Source: a virus
Taxonomy: Duplodnaviria > Caudoviricetes
Direction: 5' to 3' (one strand)
Length of the DNA stretch: 26,885 nucleotides
IMG/VR virus record: IMGVR_UViG_3300017913_002459
Coordinates: 1 to 26,885 of that record
Both the position numbers and the translations under genes were made by a program. The notes beneath the pieces were generated by a model. The model had not been told where the DNA came from. It did no database searches and worked only from the letters and a program-made list of their open reading frames with translations. This document shows, piece by piece, positions 8,486 to 16,807 of this stretch; position 1 is the stretch's first letter; each line of letters begins with the position of its first letter.

Positions 8486-11225
8486 GTGCAGTTTCTCCTA
8501 GGTTGTCGCTCTCTATTTTGTTAGCAATTCTAGAGGCTGTTTCGGCTGCTTCTTGCTCTAGTGAAGCAATTTCATTCGCTGTTGAATTGTTACTACTATC
8601 ATTATTTACCCTAGGTGTAGCTGGATCCACTGGTGGGTCAGCCTGTGCTACTTCAGGAGCACTCATTTCTCTTAGTCTCTGTCTATAAATGTTATTCTCA
8701 TCGTCTGCCATAGACAGTCCTGAATTTTGAGAACTAACAAAACTGGCATTTGGACTACTCCAAGTTTTGGCACCTGATCCCTGAATGTCAATATGTGCTG
8801 TTTTATCACCCATATATCTAGCACTACCACCAGTGGCACCAAGAGCAAAAACTGCTTCAAACCAACGTACAAAGATTGGATCTCTAATGCTTAGTGGACT
8901 ACCATCTTTTATTAATCCAAGGTCAGCAGCATCGCCTTCGTCATGTCGTGTACTTCCCAATCGCCAAACTTCACCACTAGGAGTGATCCAAGCATTGCTA
9001 GGATGTGCGCTGCTGATACTTTTGTTTGTGTTCTTTCGTGTGCCAGGAGGCATTGACTCGTAAGATCGTTGACCACCACTCTGAATACTTACCTGTAGAC
9101 CTGGTATTCCCAATGCAGCGGTGGCATTGGCTAATATTTGTCCCAACTCGTCACTCACTGGAAGATTTCGATAACTTTGTTGATTGTTGTGTCTTATAAA
9201 CTCTGCTTGTGATGCATTTCCATTTAACACCTGTCCTGGTGGTACTGATGTAGGAGCATCAGTAGTTGTATTATCGTCGTCAACACCACTAACATCAGGG
9301 ACACTGGTTGAACTAGGAGTTGATGTTCGCTGTCTTTCTTCCATCAAACGTAGTTCGTTTAATAGTGCGGCTTCGCTATCAGTTATTGTGCCTTCACGTT
9401 CTTTGGTTTCAAGTGTGTCGATTGTTTCTGTGGCTGTTGGCTGAGATCTTGTTACTGGTGGCATCGCCGCAGGACGACTAAAATTTCCACCAAATGATTG
9501 ATTTGGTCTTATTGGTCTTTCGCTATCAGCACCTTCTCTGAATGATGGAATCATAGTACTGCTATTTGCAGGAGTGGGTCTTGACAAAGGTTCAGTTTGC
9601 ATTTCCTCTCTCTTGATTCTTTCTTCTCGTTGCTGTCTAACTCTATCTTCAAAAGGTTGTAAATTAGGGAACAAAGTACTAAATGCTTCACCAGCCATGT
9701 TAACTGCGGCAGTAAATGTACTCACGGCTGCGGCACTGGTATCATAACCAGGCTCAAGAGTATCAAGCGTTGTGCGCATAGCAATACGCATATCATCCAT
9801 AGCGTCCACGATATCATCTGCTGTTTCTGCTTTGGGGTTGGTTGCATTCATAATTCTACTAAATTCCTGAGCGCCAGCTGTTTCTACTGTGAGTTGGCTA
9901 GTGGCTGATTCTGCTTTAATCTGTGCAAGTGTTTGTGTTAGTCCATCAACCTGACGATAGGTTGGACCAGTTTCAAACAATTGTCCTACTCGCAACATTA
10001 CATCAGGTATTTCATTTTCGCTAATTTGTCCAGTAAACATTCCCTGAAACAAACTCATAAGTTCAGTTTGTGCATCTCCTGGAAGTAGACTGATAACACT
10101 CAATAATTCTTGACTAGATGCATTAACTGCATTATCACTAAATTGAATATTGGCAAAACCTTTCTCAAACATTTCTTGTAGCATCGGAGCAAGCGTTGGA
10201 GAAACTTGTTGCGCTGTAGTTTCCATATAAGCCTGTACTGCTGTAATATTATCCAGTGCTTCGTCTCCAAATCTAGATGTTACATAGGCTGAATTTTGCT
10301 GCACTGCTAACAGAAATTCCACTGATTCGAGAGCTTCTCTGCGTTTTTCTAAAATTTGACTTCGTTCTAAACCAGTAATATTAGCTAATGCAGTTGCCAT
10401 TTCACTGCTATCCAGGAACCCCTGATATATTCTTCGCTGTGTATTGTAATCCAGCTGATTTAGTTCATTTCTTTTGTATAGTAGATTCGCTTCTTCAGTA
10501 AATCTAGCACTAAGCTGTTCAGTATTATATCCAAAATCTCCCATTAATGCACTGTCTTTTTCCACCTGTACTAGCATATTTGAAAGTGCATATGCACTGC
10601 GCATATAATCACCTTCTATGTTGGCTAACATAGCACTTGCACTGCGAATGTGTTGTGCTTGTTCCATTAAACTTTGTCCAGTTAAAGCGGCGTTTGTTCT
10701 CATTGTGTTGTACACACTTAAATCACTTGCCAGCAATCCCATATCAACCATGGCACGGAGTGTTTTTTCTTGTTCACTTATCAGTTGTCCATACAATCCC
10801 ATCACTGCAATGGTTCCAGTAATAGCTGCCCCACCTACTTTTCCGAAACTTTGTGCTACTCTACCAAAACCTGGTACTCGCTTTACAAGGTCGCCAATTG
10901 CACCTGCACCGGCTTGTCCAGCCTGATTTGCCAAGCCCATTAGTTCAGTAGTTGCTTGTAGTGGGTCTTGTTCACGTTCCATAATACGTATACTGTTTTT
11001 TACAGTATCGCTAATGTCTGTGACACTTTTTGTTACCTTTTTTGCTGTTTTGCTTAACTTCTTGGCTTCAATTTTGGTGTCTTGTACATCTACCCCCAGT
11101 GTTTTAAGTACACTGATTGCCTTATTGTAGTCAACTCTAGCCGTTTCTTGTAGGATACTGGTTGCCGTGGCTTCACTAGCCCAGGGAAACTGACCATGTA
11201 TAAAATTTACGGTTTGCTCGTCCAT
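8478..11225 (-). CDS. Tape-measure-like tail protein (paralog 2) with a C-terminal LAS/M15-type Zn-peptidase-like domain
   Basis: 915 aa; N-terminal half aligns by eye with the 803-aa protein (PWASEAT vs PAWASETT; ALANITGLERSQILEKR vs ALANLTGESRSELLAKR); C-terminal SGGQ...GSTRHDEGDAADL...AHID. Confidence 0.65.
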   Translation of the reverse strand: MDEQTVNFIHGQFPWASEATATSILQETARVDYNKAISVLKTLGVDVQDTKIEAKKLSKTAKKVTKSVTDISDTVKNSIRIMEREQDPLQATTELMGLANQAGQAGAGAIGDLVKRVPGFGRVAQSFGKVGGAAITGTIAVMGLYGQLISEQEKTLRAMVDMGLLASDLSVYNTMRTNAALTGQSLMEQAQHIRSASAMLANIEGDYMRSAYALSNMLVQVEKDSALMGDFGYNTEQLSARFTEEANLLYKRNELNQLDYNTQRRIYQGFLDSSEMATALANITGLERSQILEKRREALESVEFLLAVQQNSAYVTSRFGDEALDNITAVQAYMETTAQQVSPTLAPMLQEMFEKGFANIQFSDNAVNASSQELLSVISLLPGDAQTELMSLFQGMFTGQISENEIPDVMLRVGQLFETGPTYRQVDGLTQTLAQIKAESATSQLTVETAGAQEFSRIMNATNPKAETADDIVDAMDDMRIAMRTTLDTLEPGYDTSAAAVSTFTAAVNMAGEAFSTLFPNLQPFEDRVRQQREERIKREEMQTEPLSRPTPANSSTMIPSFREGADSERPIRPNQSFGGNFSRPAAMPPVTRSQPTATETIDTLETKEREGTITDSEAALLNELRLMEERQRTSTPSSTSVPDVSGVDDDNTTTDAPTSVPPGQVLNGNASQAEFIRHNNQQSYRNLPVSDELGQILANATAALGIPGLQVSIQSGGQRSYESMPPGTRKNTNKSISSAHPSNAWITPSGEVWRLGSTRHDEGDAADLGLIKDGSPLSIRDPIFVRWFEAVFALGATGGSARYMGDKTAHIDIQGSGAKTWSSPNASFVSSQNSGLSMADDENNIYRQRLREMSAPEVAQADPPVDPATPRVNNDSSNNSTANEIASLEQEAAETASRIANKIESDNLGETARA

Positions 11226-11243
11226 TAACTACTCACATAATAG

Positions 11244-11281
11244 ATAAATAAAGGTAGACCTAGAGTCTATAGTAGTATTTA
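11244..11281. promoter_or_regulatory. Overlapping divergent late promoters
   Basis: ATAAATA on + at 11244-11250 (toward gp26) and TAAATA on - at 11276-11281 (toward the tape-measure genes). Confidence 0.7.
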
Positions 11282-11296
11282 TTTGGAGAAATCACT

Positions 11297-12142
11297 ATGT
11301 CAAACAATCCACTGTTATCAGCATACAGAAAACCTGCTATGTACATTCAATTACCAAGTGGTGGGAAATATTATCAGCCAAAACCCAAACTCAGCGTTGA
11401 TGGCGAGATTGCAATTTATCCTATGACAGCCAGAGATGAATTAATTACCAAAACACCTGATGCTCTGTTTAACGGAGAAGCAACCAGTGCATTAATTAAA
11501 AGTTGTGTACCAGATATTGCTGATCCAGAACAGATTCCAGTCAATGACTTGCTTACACTGCTGTTGGCAATACGCCAAGCCAGTTATGGAGACAGTATTG
11601 AAGTTGACGTAACATGTCCTAGCTGTAAACATATCAACAATATGGCGTTTGATGCAAATTCTATTATTAATACCGCCAATAAACTGGAAGATACAGCATC
11701 ACAAACAGAAGTTAGTGGTGGTTTTCTAGTTGAGCTAAAACCTTACAGCTTACGAGACAGAACGCTGTTGCAAATTCAACAAGTCAAGCAAACAAAAATG
11801 ATTCAGGCACTTAGCCAAGCCAGTGACATGACAGAAGAAGAACAAACTGAGCATTTTGGAAAGACATTTATTGACATTGCAAACTTAACAATTGAACTTA
11901 TTGCAAACTGTATTGATTCAGTCAGTCATCCAACTGAATTGGAAGAATCCGTAAATGACAAAGAAATGATCAAAGAATGGCTAACATCTATAACTAAAAA
12001 AGACTATGATCAAATCAAAGACGTTGTAGAAAAACTTAGCGAAAGTGGTATTAATGAGATATTTAAAGTAAAATGTCAGGAGTGCGGGCATGCTTGGGAT
12101 AGCCAAGTAGACCTTGATATGTCAAATTTTTTCGAAGGTTGA
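11297..12142 (+). CDS. gp26: Baseplate hub/tail assembly protein, T4 gp26-like
   Basis: YIQLPSGGKYY, IYPMTARDE, LLLAIRQASYG, two CxxC pairs (CPSC, CQEC), C-terminal NFF. Confidence 0.8.
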   Translation: MSNNPLLSAYRKPAMYIQLPSGGKYYQPKPKLSVDGEIAIYPMTARDELITKTPDALFNGEATSALIKSCVPDIADPEQIPVNDLLTLLLAIRQASYGDSIEVDVTCPSCKHINNMAFDANSIINTANKLEDTASQTEVSGGFLVELKPYSLRDRTLLQIQQVKQTKMIQALSQASDMTEEEQTEHFGKTFIDIANLTIELIANCIDSVSHPTELEESVNDKEMIKEWLTSITKKDYDQIKDVVEKLSESGINEIFKVKCQECGHAWDSQVDLDMSNFFEG

Positions 12143-12363
12143 TAGCCACTAGCCAACCTCAAGAAATTCAAAAAATAGTTGAAAATTATAAAAAACAACA
12201 TGATACAACTGAACAGGGTTACCTGGAAGTTATATTAGCTAGCGGCGGTAGTTTAAGTTACCAGGATGTTATGAGCATGCCGGTAACCGCTATCGCACGA
12301 TTTGTTGAAATTATTAATAAAAGAGCAGAAGACCAAAAAGCGGCAAGAGCCAAAAGACGTTAA
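12139..12363 (+). CDS. gp51-like baseplate/tail assembly chaperone (possibly the frameshift extension of gp26)
   Basis: 74 aa, LSYQDVMSMP motif, overlaps the gp26 stop in the -1 frame, weak TTG start. Confidence 0.65.
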   Translation: MIATSQPQEIQKIVENYKKQHDTTEQGYLEVILASGGSLSYQDVMSMPVTAIARFVEIINKRAEDQKAARAKRR

Positions 12364-12800
12364 TTTCCTAAAATACTTTTATAGTACTCTTCAGGCCAGC
12401 TTTTGTAGTAATTTGTTGTGTGTAAGTACGCACGTTTTTCTTCCAAGTCGCCTCGCAATTGAATAAACACACAATCCTGGAAGTTTTTAGCAAAATGTCC
12501 AGATTCTTTGGTACTGATAAAGTATAAAAGATCTGGATTTTCTGTTTCCAACTGAGTTATCATATCAGGAACAATCGAAACATCATTACCTTCAATCCAT
12601 GCAATACCTATCTCATAGACAGCATCGTCAAACTCTCGAAATTTATCCAAAGACATATCTCGAGCATCTATAAATTGTATTTTGTTTTGTAGTCTAGCTT
12701 TACGAGCAAACGGACAAACAGGAAACCCATCGTCTTTTTTTGCTTCAATAGTGTTAATAGTCCAGTCTATGAACTGTTGTTGGAATTGTTCAAATGTCAT
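12360..12800 (-). CDS. Hypothetical protein with CPFA motif (DUF1415-like N-terminus), 146 aa
   Basis: ATG at 12800 (MTFEQF) preferred over the track start; PVCPFARKA motif; TAAATA box upstream. Confidence 0.65.
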   Translation of the reverse strand: MTFEQFQQQFIDWTINTIEAKKDDGFPVCPFARKARLQNKIQFIDARDMSLDKFREFDDAVYEIGIAWIEGNDVSIVPDMITQLETENPDLLYFISTKESGHFAKNFQDCVFIQLRGDLEEKRAYLHTTNYYKSWPEEYYKSILGN

Positions 12801-12842
12801 TGATTTTTTACTCAGAAAGATCACCAAATAGTGGTATACAGT

Positions 12843-12849
12843 TATTTAT
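12843..12849 (-). promoter_or_regulatory. T4-like late promoter (ATAAATA)
   Basis: ATAAATA on the minus strand about 42 nt upstream of ATG 12800. Confidence 0.6.
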
Positions 12850-12858
12850 GAATCTTAA

Positions 12859-12974
12859 TAATGCTCTTCGAGCATTAAAACTTCATAAAGCTATCGCTTT
12901 ATTCGTTTTGTACTTTAGACATTAACAGTTTCGAATTTTTTTAACGATATCGAAACAATGAATATAAAACGAAT
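12859..12974. repeat. Cluster of AT-rich inverted repeats
   Basis: TAATGCTC-TTC-GAGCATTA (12859-12877); ATAAAGC-TATC-GCTTTAT (12885-12902); long nested IR 12901-12912/12963-12974 enclosing GTTTCGA/TCGAAAC (12928-12934/12950-12956). Confidence 0.75.
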
Positions 12975-12979
12975 ATTTT

Positions 12980-13414
12980 TTATCTTCACCTTGAAGTTTA
13001 ATCACACTATGCCTGATATCGGCATAGCATGAAGAAACTAAAAACGATTTTCACCCGTCATTATCACCCACATCACAGTAACAAACCTTATACAAGGGGA
13101 GGCGGTTGAGCTGTACCTCTAATTATATGTTGCCTTATCAGCACGAGTATCGATATGTAGCCACTGTGACGACATCATATCACTCATCAAGTTCCAAGTG
13201 TCAGGAGAGCTTGATCTTTTTGTAAAACTGTTACCAGATTACCAACACTAAGACAATACTAACGTTTCTTGCACAGAGGGCAGACGTTTAGGCATCCTGC
13301 TTCACAGGGTAGAGTATTGAATCAGACCACCAGAATAGTCCTTTGCTTACCGTCACACATCAGAACGGATTTCGCAGCACAGTTATAGCCGGCGTGCCAA
13401 CCTTATGTCTGGTT
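12980..13414 (-). ncRNA. Putative large structured non-coding RNA downstream of the GIY-YIG gene
   Basis: No ORF of 60 aa or more. Helices 13254-60/13313-19 (enclosing 13261-65/13284-88 and 13296-99/13305-08), 13186-91/13210-15, 13145-57/13176-85, 13099-102/13116-19, 13075-85/13219-31, 13003-13/13021-31, 12984-88/12992-96. G-U pairs favour the minus strand. Confidence 0.65.
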
Positions 13415-13849
13415 TTAGGGAGTTTTAGGTTTGAGAGATTCTGTAAGAGCCTTTGATCCGCCTACACGGACGTTGATAATGCCATTATAATAGTCGTCTG
13501 TTAGTAATACTTCTCTGTCAAATTGTTCTTTTGCTTCAAGATATGATAATTGGCCTCTGGTAGTACAATAATATAATATTTCTCTTGTGAAGTTTTGTTC
13601 GCCTAGTTGTTTTACATCTTCCAATAAGTGTTCTGATGAGCCCCAGTATTCACGCCAGTCACTTTCAACTGTCGTTCTACGTTTTCTTTTTTTGCCTTTG
13701 AGTGGTGGTCTAGTTTTTTTAAATTGCCCAAGTTTTTTGCCAATATATTTTTTGCCATTAGTAGTGTTTGTTATTAAGTATACAAAGCCAATACAACCTT
13801 CCGGAAGTTGTTCTACTATATTGTCTTCATATGTCCAAGGTGTCGTCAT
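13415..13849 (-). CDS. Short stand-alone GIY-YIG nuclease-family protein
   Basis: GFVYLITNTTNGKKYIGKK motif, WREYWGSS, LSYLEAKEQF (conserved Glu), YYNG (conserved Asn); only 144 aa. Confidence 0.85.
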   Translation of the reverse strand: MTTPWTYEDNIVEQLPEGCIGFVYLITNTTNGKKYIGKKLGQFKKTRPPLKGKKRKRRTTVESDWREYWGSSEHLLEDVKQLGEQNFTREILYYCTTRGQLSYLEAKEQFDREVLLTDDYYNGIINVRVGGSKALTESLKPKTP

Positions 13850-14009
13850 CTAATAGTTTATTAATTCTCATAGCGATGTCAACACTTAATTCTTTTCCAG
13901 TTGTATCTACTGGTTGTGGTACAAGTTCTCTCATTTGAGGTGGGTCACCTTTACGTCTTCTGTAGATTTGATTACCTACACGTTCGTACAGCCAACCCGA
14001 CCAACTCAT
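13827..14009 (-). CDS. Hypothetical protein (60 aa)
   Basis: Fills the gap between gp46 and GIY-YIG; ATGA overlap with the gp46 stop. Confidence 0.6.
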   Translation of the reverse strand: MSWSGWLYERVGNQIYRRRKGDPPQMRELVPQPVDTTGKELSVDIAMRINKLLDDDTLDI

Positions 14010-15781
14010 GCTCCAACCAGTTCAACTTCTGTATTGTAGGTAGTAAAGCCGTTTTCTTTTATTACTTCTAGAATACTGTCAACTCTACCAACCAATTCAT
14101 CGCGGTGTGATATCAGCAAAATGTTTTTGCCTCTATCTCTTTCCATTTTTTTGAGTACACCCAACGCACTTTCAACACCAATTGAGTCCATGCCACTGTC
14201 AACAAGTTCGTCAATACAAATTAAGTTGATAGGATGATTCATACTCTCAAATACGTCACGGAATGCCCAACTTAATCCAAGGATCAATCGGTTACGTTCA
14301 CCGCGACTCAAGTTGTCGAAGTCCAAGTCCTGTCCAAGCTGGACAATACTCACTGATAGGTCACTCTGGAATTGCACTTCGTGTGGCAACCCAAGTTTAG
14401 TAATATAATATTCCAAACGATTGTTTAGGAATTGTAAATTTTGTTCAATAATTTTTTTGCGAATAAAGCTATCTTTGTTTGTCAACAGCTTTAAAAGAAA
14501 TTCCTGATGATCTTTAATTTCTGTCACTCTGTTAACTTCATCCCAAACTATTTCTTGTAGTCCAGTTTCTGTTAAAGTTTGAATTTGCTCATTATAGGGA
14601 TTCTCCTCTAGACGCTTTGCGTCCAGAGTAGCTGATGTAGATTCAATCCTATTTTGATGTTCATATGCTTCTTTAACTGTGTTGTAATGTAAAGAAGGAG
14701 CCACCCCAAGTTCACCCAATTCTTTAATCGCCTCTTTGTATTCATTTATCTGATCAGTATCAGAAGTAATATGTCTTACTGACTCTTCAACTGCTTCAGT
14801 TTTTAAAGCAACAATCTTTTCGTGTGCTTCATCATGTAACTCTTGCCCACAAGCATAACATTTGTGATCCAGTGTTGAGTCCAAATCAGCCTGCGCTTTT
14901 TCCAAACGTTTTTGTTCTCGTTCTATTGCAGTAGTTAACTTGGCAATTTCACTTGTTAATACATCAATCTGTGTTTTTTTCTGAGTAAACGCATCAAACT
15001 CAGCATGTGCTTCAATTTCTTTTTCTATATTAACTGCATTCAAATTACTGAGCTCACGCTCTAATAGTTCAACGTCTTGTTTATACTTGTCGTCCCAAGT
15101 ACGTCCACGGCGTTCTAGATCTGAAATACTTTTTTCGATACGAACGTTTGCTTCTTCGATACCACGGATACGATATGTTTCCTGTTGTATTGTATCTTTG
15201 CTTTCTTTAACAAGCTCTTTTAAAATGTCAGCTTTTTCACTCAGTTGTGTAATACCCAGAAGTTGTTCAATCAAGTCACGCTGGTCATTTGCTCTCATAC
15301 TGAGGAAAGGCTCGGTGTATGTGTTGAGCGCAACAACATGTTTAAACATTGTGTGGCTCATACCCAATACTTTTTCAATTGCCTGTTGGCTTAGTTTTCC
15401 TTCGCCTTGCATTTCATCAGTAATGCCCTCATTACTATCAACATTGTTAACCAAAAACTTAAAAACATTTGGCCTACGTCCACGTTCAATACGATACTGG
15501 ACGCCGTTTTTTTCAAAATCAACAGTTACCATCATTTGTTTGTTGTTGGTTTTATTGATTAAGTTGTCTTTTTTGATGTTATACAGTGCGTTCCCAAACA
15601 ATGCAAAACTAAGAGCATTTACAATTGTAGTTTTACCTGTGCCGTTGCGTGACCCGTCACCGCCCAAGTCAACATTGTTTCCCAGTACTAGTGTGAGTCC
15701 ATGATTATCAAACTGTATACCTTGGGTAACATTACCCACACTCATAAAGTTCTTAACGGAAATATTATTAATTTTAAGCAT
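14006..15781 (-). CDS. gp46: Recombination nuclease ATPase subunit, gp46/Rad50/SbcC-like
   Basis: KNFMS, Walker A NGTGKTT, Zn-hook CYAC, signature LSRGE, Walker B IDELVDSGMD, ISH. Confidence 0.95.
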   Translation of the reverse strand: MLKINNISVKNFMSVGNVTQGIQFDNHGLTLVLGNNVDLGGDGSRNGTGKTTIVNALSFALFGNALYNIKKDNLINKTNNKQMMVTVDFEKNGVQYRIERGRRPNVFKFLVNNVDSNEGITDEMQGEGKLSQQAIEKVLGMSHTMFKHVVALNTYTEPFLSMRANDQRDLIEQLLGITQLSEKADILKELVKESKDTIQQETYRIRGIEEANVRIEKSISDLERRGRTWDDKYKQDVELLERELSNLNAVNIEKEIEAHAEFDAFTQKKTQIDVLTSEIAKLTTAIEREQKRLEKAQADLDSTLDHKCYACGQELHDEAHEKIVALKTEAVEESVRHITSDTDQINEYKEAIKELGELGVAPSLHYNTVKEAYEHQNRIESTSATLDAKRLEENPYNEQIQTLTETGLQEIVWDEVNRVTEIKDHQEFLLKLLTNKDSFIRKKIIEQNLQFLNNRLEYYITKLGLPHEVQFQSDLSVSIVQLGQDLDFDNLSRGERNRLILGLSWAFRDVFESMNHPINLICIDELVDSGMDSIGVESALGVLKKMERDRGKNILLISHRDELVGRVDSILEVIKENGFTTYNTEVELVGA

Positions 15782-15782
15782 A

Positions 15783-16805
15783 TTAATTCAGACTATTATA
15801 AATTGACATCAATACATCGTTCTTGATAACTTCACTTTCAATAGTAGCAAGTTGATTAAGAACGATAGTATCTACATTTTCTATTTGTATTTCGCTACCC
15901 TGACTCCAGTCATGTGCATGTTCTTCTTTTTTGCTTGGAAGTAAAGTAATTTCTCTTAGATCAAATTGTTTTAAGAATGTTTCCTTGATGAAGTTTGCTT
16001 CTTCATAAGTGATACTTACATCAAGAGTAATTCTACAACTTGTCTTATTAGACAACACTTTTTCTGGATTGTCAATCAGTTTAGATAAGTTAATAGTTCT
16101 ATACTTGGGTGCATCAGGCCATGCAAGATACTCTGGCTCACCTCCCCATTTTAGGAATGTAATACCACGATCATCATCCCATGCATCTCCGTAATTGTGT
16201 GGAAAGCAATTACCTGGATAAATGATATTGCCCTTGCGTTGACGTTTGTGAAAATGTCCACTAAAAACCAATTCTGCCTTGTGCAAGTGGTCAGGCTTGA
16301 GTACATTGCCGTGATCTGGCATTTGTACCATTGCGTTTAAGTAAAATGTTGGAAGTTCAAAATGTCCAAATACATATTTTACATCAATATCTTTGAGTTT
16401 TTTGTACTCATCCTCCACTAGCCAAGGAACAAACGCACAATCATCAATAATTTCCATACCGTCGTTGATCATTCGAATGTTTTTATATTTGTCCACCATT
16501 GGGATGCTGTGAATTTCACGTTTCTCTCGGTAAAACAAGTCGTGATTACCAGTAATCATTATAACCTCGTCAAACGCCTCGTTGAGACGTTCTAGATTAC
16601 TGATAGTATAGTTGAGTGTACTCACATTAATACTTGATCTATTGTGATGCCAGTCTCCCAGGAAAAGGCATTTGCGTATGCCTCTTTTTTGTGCTTCATC
16701 AATCATCCACTTGATAAATTCTTCACAATCAATATTATGTGTTCGTGAGTTATTTTTTTCACCGAAATGTATATCGGTGAAAATTACTGCTTCGTCAAAT
16801 AACAT
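15783..16805 (-). CDS. gp47: Recombination nuclease subunit, gp47/Mre11/SbcD-like (start revised to MLFDEA)
   Basis: Metallophosphoesterase motifs TDIHFG, LGDWHH, GNHD, GHFE, SGHFH; ATG 16805 lies just after the gp55 stop. Confidence 0.93.
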   Translation of the reverse strand: MLFDEAVIFTDIHFGEKNNSRTHNIDCEEFIKWMIDEAQKRGIRKCLFLGDWHHNRSSINVSTLNYTISNLERLNEAFDEVIMITGNHDLFYREKREIHSIPMVDKYKNIRMINDGMEIIDDCAFVPWLVEDEYKKLKDIDVKYVFGHFELPTFYLNAMVQMPDHGNVLKPDHLHKAELVFSGHFHKRQRKGNIIYPGNCFPHNYGDAWDDDRGITFLKWGGEPEYLAWPDAPKYRTINLSKLIDNPEKVLSNKTSCRITLDVSITYEEANFIKETFLKQFDLREITLLPSKKEEHAHDWSQGSEIQIENVDTIVLNQLATIESEVIKNDVLMSIYNSLN

Positions 16806-16807
16806 GC

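Noticed and set aside
12850-13414. Group I intron, tRNA cluster or CRISPR/TIGR-like array as the explanation of the non-coding region
   Set aside because: No interrupted host gene is evident, and I could not identify P7 core motifs, a cloverleaf with a TTC loop, or regularly spaced repeats (only TCACCC twice). An Infernal search is still needed to exclude a divergent ribozyme.
15087-15704. 205-aa + strand ORF and the many other short antisense ORFs in the track (e.g. 6375-6893, 8130-8501, 22455-22769, 25101-26111)
   Set aside because: They lie fully opposite well-supported genes and have no motifs
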